Below, in pieces: positions 56,521-64,000 of a stretch of DNA of 64,000 bases (position 1 is the stretch's first letter; each line of letters opens with the position of its first letter). This DNA comes from the human T2T-CHM13v2.0 reference genome, Homo sapiens: assembly GCF_009914755.1 (NCBI RefSeq), contig NC_060925.1; one strand, given 5' to 3'. The notes beneath the pieces are model-generated. The model ran no database searches. It was not told where the DNA came from and saw nothing but the letters and a program-made list of their open reading frames with translations. Position numbers and translations under genes: made by a program.

Positions 56521-59500
56521 TTTGAAGAGCAAAACAATACAAAAACAGTAAAAATAATATCAATGCCTTAATAGAAATAACTATTATAGCAGCTAATATT
56601 TATAAAAGCTTTACAAGCTCTAACTTATTTACACTTCACAACAATCTTATAAGATAACAATAATTATGCCAATTTTATCATATCTGTCACTCTAACTATA
56701 ATTGTTTATTGTATGAATGGCTGAATAAATGAATATACTTCACAGTATTAGTTTGCAGATTTTATTTGCAAGATATCAAACAAATATATTTCTGGATATT
56801 TCTTGGAGATATATATTAGAAACAGATCTTATTGATATAGTCTGCTTCTATTGTTTGGAGGGCATGGGGCAGGGAAGAATCTGCAATGAATAGGCAAGAA
56901 GTTGCAACTAGCCATTTGAAACTTAAATGATCAATTTGGGAAACTAGACAACCCATAAAAAATCCTTACCTTCTTTCTACATTCTTGGCTTTTCCCTAAG
57001 TTTTAACCAATGAATTAGCTTTAAAATATATCTACCTGTCTGAATACCTTGGAGAGCAGTGTGTTACTTTTTGGCCAACTGTTCAAATGTTACATTTTAA
57101 TAAGTTCCCACTTGTGGTCATGTTAGATATCTTCTTGAAAGGATGAGGTCATGAAAAAGAAGTTTAATTGGATCACAAAACTGCACACTTTTCTAGGTCA
57201 AAGGTAAAGGCTAGGAAAAGAATTCATTATGCTACAAGAAAGAAAGTAACCTTTGGGTACAGAACTATCATTTTTAATGATTAAGAACAGCATTTACTAT
57301 TAGAAATATATTCATAATAGTGGCTTTATTTTAATTAGGAACTTCATTCATGCCCCAGCATGCACTATGAACTCTTTAGGATATGTTAAGTTACAGTGTG
57401 GCATGGCAGGTGATGAAAAATGTAAGGGGAAATTAAAAAATAAATTGAGCTTAGGGTATTAGAATACATAAGTGATGCTCAATTGGCAGTGAATTTGACA
57501 TACACAGTTACTTTAGAAGAGGCAAAAGAAGAGAAAATGGAATTTCTCTCCTAGGAATGATTGCTTAAATATCTTGAATATTTTAATTACATGTTTCAAA
57601 ACAGAAACGTTTGACTAGAAGTTAATGGGAAGTGAGAATTAGGATTCAAATATAGCCCCCAAAGTAACTCTCATTTTAAAAATGTACATTCCAGTTATTA
57701 AAGTTGAGCTAAAAATTGTACTATTAAAAATCACACTTGACTGCCAAATATTATAGGAGTCTATTCTCTGTTGATTCATTTTGTTGACATTAAGAGAAGC
57801 TGCATGAGTTCAAGGAGGATATAATTCAAGAGGAGAACAAAAGCAACAAGCAGCGGCTCAGTTTAAAGCAAGGAACTCTTTAGGACTCTATACTGAGTCA
57901 CTTATAGATGGTAAAGTCTAGTTCAAGATTCAGTTAGCTGAGGAACAATTGTTGAATAAAGAGTCATTAATTTTGCTTTCAATTTTATTTATGTAAATGA
58001 TAAACATTCATCTAGTGCCTTTCTTTTTTAAAAATAAAGCAATGGACCCTGGCATCTTGTATTTTCTGTTTATTCCATGTTCATTTGTTTTGCAAAGCTG
58101 ATCAGAGTATTAGATATCAGGACGAACACAGCAGTCAATTTCAGGATTTTATCTAGTATGTGTATTTCCAGGACTGATGCATTCAAAGGATCCGGGATTT
58201 AGTGAGTAGTTTATATCAAGGAGACTCTTGAAAACAACCTGAAGTGAGCCTTAAGAGCAGAAGTGAGGCGTATAGTAGGTGTTTAGCAGGTGTTGTGCCA
58301 GACTTATTGAATGGATCATCAAATTTAGATCACAGAATAAGAAAGCAATTGAGTTTACCCTCTCAAATAAAGTGATTTTCATCTCAACTTTAACTTTTTA
58401 CCCTCCTTTGCATTTTTCATTCTTTGAGTCTCTCCACTGTTGAAAATGTAGTAATATTAAAAGTTCGAGAGATCAAGTTTAAATAAGAGAATCTCATGTG
58501 CAGTTCTGTGTTCTATGTATAATTTAAACTTTTCAGAGCACCATGATGAATAAAAATTATGTATACATAGAAAACAGACATCTGAAAGTAAACTCATTTC
58601 ACTCACACACAAAATCTCACATAATATCTACGGAGAAATTCAGGAAAATCCTTCCAAAAAGAAAGGTGGGGGGAAGTAGCATCTGATAAGATATTGGAAA
58701 AAAGAATATAATCCCAATGTATTACAACTTCTGCCTGAAGCAAAGTTCTCTTGTACTCTGACTGGGTCAGATTTCACAGATAAAGGTCTAAACTCTGGTA
58801 GGGTACTCTGATATAGTCCCTGGTGAGAAGTGGAGTGATTCTATTAATGAAATCCTTGTCTTTGTCTGAACAAAGACCATTGCCCCAGGAGGGCCCTTGA
58901 GAGCCACAGGTAGCCTTTCAAAAGGAATGTAAAGCTAAAATTCTCGACCTCTTGAGGTCCACGGTGCTCCCAGGACATTTTTCAGTAGAAATGAGATCAT
59001 ATCCTTGGCTTCACAGGTCAATTTCAAGCTGCCTCCTGCCTATTTAAATCTCTAGCAGCTTTAGAGAGATAGCATAGTATTTGGTGAGTGAGCCAAAGTT
59101 TCATATCACTTGTAAAGTACTTACACTTGAAAGGTACTATAAATTCAGAACATTATCATCAAGGCATCCAGTTAAGAACATCAAAAGCTATTGGAATTTT
59201 AAAATAGAAAAAGAAAAAGTGCTATTCTCCAGGGTACTGCTAAAAAGAGAAAGGCTCTAAATCCAGGGTCATTGAAGAACCTCAGTGAAATGCTTTAATT
59301 AGAAATGGCAAGCCTTGTGGTTTATTTTCACAGCCATGGGAATGCAGTATTCCCAAACTTTTTTTACCCTCCTACCCTTCTTGCTTTCTGTGTTCCCCTG
59401 CAGCAAAACACATAGACATGCTTACTAATACTGGGAAACACACCTCAACTTGCTTTGGAAAGCCTTTTGTGGAAGTACAATAAACTCCAGTGTTTATAAA

Positions 59501-60572
59501 TGTTAATAATATAAGAAGGGGGTTCAGAATTTCATGAAGATAGTTAAGAATTTAACTCACTTCTATCAGCAATTTCCCTCAGCTCAAAAAATACTGCAAT
59601 CAAAATCATTTCTGATGAAAATGCCACTGTTTTAAATGTCTACTTATAATAAAATGAGCCTACTTATAAATGATAGAGCTATTTATGGTATGGCAGTAAC
59701 TTCACAAAATAACATGATTCTTAGAAATGTGTGGTCTTTGGCCCAGCCTGGCTTTTAAACCCTCAAAGCCAAATATATTATGGATGTCTTGGAAGAAAGT
59801 AAACTAGGTACTTGGAACACACTTGGAAATGCAATCACAGGTCACAGAGGTCTTCTTTGTGGTTATGACTTCAAATAGTAGAGGTATTCAGCGGAGCTGA
59901 ACTCTGCCTTTCAAGCTAGGTAGATTGGATTTTTCTCTTAAAGTTTGTAGGGAATCAGTGTCCATAAATAAAAAGGGAATGAAAACTGTGACTGGAAACT
60001 GAGAATGTTGATGGACAGTGATTCAGCTCTGAGCTGCTTCGGCTTTTCTTCCCTGGTCTTTCTATTGTCCAGCAAATGAAACACACTATAAAACCACAAG
60101 AAAAAAAAACAAAGTATTGGACTGGGGGAGGAGAGAGAGGCCTTGTGATCCTAAGAAAAACTATGTAACCAGCAGCCTAAGCAAAACAGGGAAGGATGCA
60201 CATTCTTCTGAGCTAATCATAATGAACTTAATGGCAAATACTGAAAGAAGAAAAAGCTTTGGAGCTCTTCTGTAGCAATAAACACCTGAGAAAATGCAGT
60301 TTTTCAATATGTATGTCCAATATTGTATAGCAATACCTGTTATGTTTTGCTGTTTTCAAAGTGGAAAAAATCATTTCATCAGTGTGGTAATCCTTGAAAG
60401 CCTCATTCTTATAGTTATACCAGGATTCAAATCCTATCATGACTCTGCCTTTTAAGTAGTTTGTTCTTTTTTTCCAACTTGGGCAAGTTATTTAACCTAT
60501 TTAAGCTTCAATTTCTTCAATTATAAAATGAGTAAAATAATATATGTGACAATATGCATGACTTTGTCCTGT

Positions 60573-61985
60573 TGTGTCCGGAATTGGTGGGTTCTTGGTC
60601 TCACTGACTTCAAGAATGAAGCCGCGGACCCTCGCAGTGAGTGTTCAGTTCTTAAAGATGGTGTGTCCGGGGTTTGTTCCTTCTGATGTTTGGACGTGTT
60701 CCGAGTTTCTTCCTTCTGGTGGGTTTGTGGTCTGCTGGCTTCAGGAGTGAAGCCGCCGACCTTCGCAGTGAGTGTTACAGCTCTTACCACGGCGCATCTG
60801 GAGTTGTTTGTTCCTCCCGTCCGGAGTTGTTCATTCCTCCCAGTGGGTTTGTGATCTTGCTGGCTTCAGGAGTGAAGCTGCAGGCCTTCATGGTGAGTGT
60901 TACAGCTCATAAAGGCAGTGCGGACCCAAAGAGTGAGAAGCAGCAAGATTTATTGCAAAAAGCGAAAGAACAAAGCTCCCACGGTATGAAAGGGGACACA
61001 AGCAAGTTGCCGATGGTGGCTGGGGCAGCCTGCTTTTATTCCCTTATTTGGCCCCACCCACATCCTGCTGATTGGTCCGTTTTACAGAGAGCTGATTGGT
61101 CCGTTTTGACAGGGTACTGATTGGTGCATTTACAATCCCTGAGCTAGACACAGAGTGCTGATTGGTGCATTTACAATCCTCTAGCTAGACATAAAAGTTC
61201 TCCAAGTCCCCACCAGATTAGCTAGATACAGAGTGCTGATTGGTGCATCCACAAACCCCAAGACAGACACAGAGTGCTGATTGGTGCATTTACAATCCTC
61301 CAGCTAGACATAAAAGTTCTCCAAGTCCCCACCCAACTCAGGAGCCCAGCTGACTTTGCCTAGTAGATCCCACGCAGGGGCCGCAGGTGGAGCCGCCTGC
61401 CAGTCCCACGCTGCGTGCCTGCACTCCTCAGCCCTTGGGTGGTGGATGGGACTGGGCACCGTGGAGCAGGGGGTGGTGCCCGTCGGGGTGGCTCAGGTTG
61501 CCTGGGAGCCCACGGGGGTAGGGGGGTGGAGGGGCCTTGGGCATGGCGGGCTGCAGGTCCTGAGCCCTGCCCCATGGGGAGGCAGCTGAGGCCTGGCAAG
61601 AATTCAAGTGCAGCGCAGGTGGGCTGGCAGTGCTGGGGGACCCGGTGCACCCTCTGCAGCTTCTGGCCCAGGTGCTAAGCCTCTCACTGCCCAGGGCCGG
61701 TGGCACCAGCCTGCGGCGCAGAGTGTAGGACCCACTAAGCCCACGCCCACCCAGAACTCACGCTGGCCTGCGAGCACTGTGCACAGCCCCAGTTCCTGCC
61801 CACTCCACTCCCTCCACACCTCCCCACAAGCAGAGGGAGCCGGCTCTGGCCTCGGCCAGTCCAGAGAGGGGCTCCCACAGTGCAGTGTCAGGCTGAAGGG
61901 CTCCTCAAGTGCAGCCAGAGTTGGCACCGTGGCCTGAGGAGGTGCCGAGAGCGAGCGAGGGCTGCTAGCACGTTGTCACCTCTCA
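60573..61985 (-). mobile_element. LTR12 (ERV9; LTR12C/D-type) solo LTR inserted in a MIR
   Basis: + strand starts TGTGTCCGGAATTGGTGGGTTCTTGG and ends GTCACCTCTCA; TSD CTGT at 60569-60572 and 61986-61989. Six CTGATTGG (CCAAT) boxes at 61068-61284. MIR sequence on both sides. Confidence 0.95.
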
Positions 61986-62148
61986 CTGTGGTGAGGAATA
62001 AGTAAGATTAAGCGCTTACTACAGTATCTGGCATGTGATATGCAATCAAAAAATGATTATTGCACTGTTGTTACCATTGCCAACTTCACTGTGAATATAC
62101 AACTTTCTTTTTGAAGTATAACTCTTGGGATAATTTTAGCATCATTTT

Positions 62149-62508
62149 TGTTGAGGCTTAGAAAATTACACCTCAAAATGAAGGCCTTACAAGCAGCCTT
62201 AGAAGCCAAACTTTCTCTCTGACCTTCTCCTGTCCTCTTGTCTCTGGCCCCTCATTTTCCCCAGAGGGTAGCCATAGAGACTAGAATCCCTCTCCCCTCA
62301 AGGCAGGTCATAGAAACTAGAACTTACAGAGTTATTCCTGTATCTTTGAGTCTTCATTCTGAAGGCTCTTATGTCTTGTATCTCTTGTGCCTTTTAAAAC
62401 TATGATCAAATATATTTTATGCCTTTTCTTCTATTAATGTCCCTTTTGTCAGTTGATTTCAGCAAACCTTCAGAGAGGCAAAGGGGAAGGTCTTTCTTGG
62501 CCCCTATA
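62149..62508 (+). mobile_element. MER39-like LTR, internally deleted
   Basis: Starts TGTTGAGGCTTAGAAAATTACACCTCAAAATGAAGGCC; ends 'cagcaaaccttcagagaggcaaaggggaagg...ggcccctata'. Confidence 0.75.
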
Positions 62509-62979
62509 ATTTCATGCCATATTTGACTTTTCTTGGCCTTTTATATTTGACAACAATTTTCTGATTTCTGATTTCCTGATTTACATAATAATCAATTTTA
62601 TATATGTATTATGTAAGTATTCCCTACTAACAGTGACTCTCAGGTTCCTAGATGATGTCTGACCTTGGTTTTACTTGTCTTTAAAAAGTGCCACTAAATT
62701 CGCTATTGTGACATCTAGTAGCTGTCAGTGATTCTGGAGCAACTATTGGAATCATAGTGTTATTTCTGGTGACATCATTACAATGTAAAACTACAGAATT
62801 TCCTCTCAATTTTAATTCTTCATATAGAGGGTTCAAGATTCTTTCTGTAAGTGCAAAATAATCTTAGAAAAAATACATTTCTGAATTGATAGTAACAGGA
62901 TTTGCATTTATAATTTTCAAATGAAAGACAATATGCTAAAAGATGAATTTTGTGATCATCTGTAACATGTTTTTTTCAG

Positions 62980-63065
62980 CTCTGATGAAGCCTTCAGTAA
63001 AGTCAATTTAAATTACCGCACTGAAAATGGGCTGTCTCTACTTCATTTATGTTGCATTTGTGGAG
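62980..63065 (+). CDS. TNNI3K: TNNI3K coding exon 3 ([28 protein letters not shown]), start of the ankyrin region; gene continues beyond the window
   Basis: Acceptor ttttttcag|C; donor GAG|GTGAGT; 86 nt in frame with exon 2; ankyrin-like 'GLSLLHLCC'. Confidence 0.95.
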
Positions 63066-64000
63066 GTGAGTACTTGAAACTTAGTACTTCTTAAACTGGT
63101 TATATGTGTATATCGTCAGTGACTTGAGCTGCTTAATAGTCTGCAAAAGAATTCTATTCATACTCAATTTTCCCTTCTGCTTTGCCTTTTCCAACCTTGA
63201 TAATCTCAGTTTAGGCAGTAACTATCAGGCAGAATATTCCAATTGATTTAGCTTTAAATATAAGCTTCATTGTGTTGCTACCGGAAACCAAGTCCCTCAG
63301 TTTGCTTGGAAATCAAAAAGCACTTTTCAATATTGGGCATGCCAGTCAGGGATTAACTTAAATTCAGAAGCACTTAAAGATTCCCCAAAATATCATCAAG
63401 CAGTTGCTTCACAGTATTCAACAAGAGTATGTGGAAAAGTGATAAATGCCAAAGATAAGATCTAAAAGTGAAGATTGATCGAAGTGAAGATTAAGAGTTT
63501 AATTTGGCCTACACTTTAGTTTGTTTTGTTTATCAATGTATCTCAAGTAATTTGAATGGTGCCTGGCCTGTAATAGCCACTCAGTAAAGTTATTGAATTA
63601 ATGAATGAACCATTAATATTTATTTTGTTAATCCAAACTAAATTCATTGAGCTTAACTTCTTAAAATGGAACAGAAATGTGTAAGTGTCAACTCTAACCA
63701 TATTCCTTAACCATTTCTCCCAAACAAACCAAACAGACTCTGCTTAACAGATTGTTCTCTCAACTTCAAACGTGCCTTCCCAACCTTGGTTATATCCTTC
63801 ATATTTCTTTGATCTAAATAAGCTCTACTGTTAATAATGTTCAGATAAATCCTCTACAATTAGATTTTTTAATTTAAGCTTTTTCACTAATAGTTTATTA
63901 TGGTGAATTCTCTTATGTGTTTATGTTTCAAAACCATCTGATGATGAGGGTACTAAATAAAAAATCTAAGACAGAGTCAAAATACACAGCATTTGAATAA

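Noticed and set aside
60521-61937. Cluster of 77-148 aa ORFs
   Set aside because: All fall within or overlap the GC-rich LTR12; they are neither gag/pol/env-like nor spliced exons.

Overview
Primate DNA, most likely human, from the FPGT / TNNI3K locus. The window is AT-rich and repeat-dense, with one CpG island at about 11.6-12.05 kb. That island is a bidirectional promoter. On + it drives the complete 4-exon FPGT gene (fucose-1-phosphate guanylyltransferase; CDS join 11831-11912, 13211-13378, 14852-14944, 17925-19366 = 1785 nt, 594 aa). On - it drives a non-coding first exon that I assign to LRRIQ3 from known gene order. Downstream are the MEF2/GATA promoter and first three coding exons of the cardiac kinase TNNI3K (48973-49012, 49623-49731, 62980-63065). 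FPGT exon 3 splices in frame to TNNI3K exon 2, giving the known FPGT-TNNI3K read-through. The rest is transposon-derived, including a 6.9-kb old L1, a 5'-inverted L1PA, an Alu-L1 chimera, several solo LTRs, Alus, L2, MIR and DNA transposons. Most ORF-track entries are repeat-derived noise. I see no wholly new gene system. The most interesting unexplained signals concern splicing: a decayed, stop-containing duplicate of the FPGT exon 2 acceptor, all-phase-1 exon interchangeability that swaps the TNNI3K N-terminus, a candidate intercepting terminal exon, and a candidate recursive splice site. Two local sequence duplications also stand out. Repeat subfamily names come from recalled consensus sequences and need RepeatMasker confirmation.
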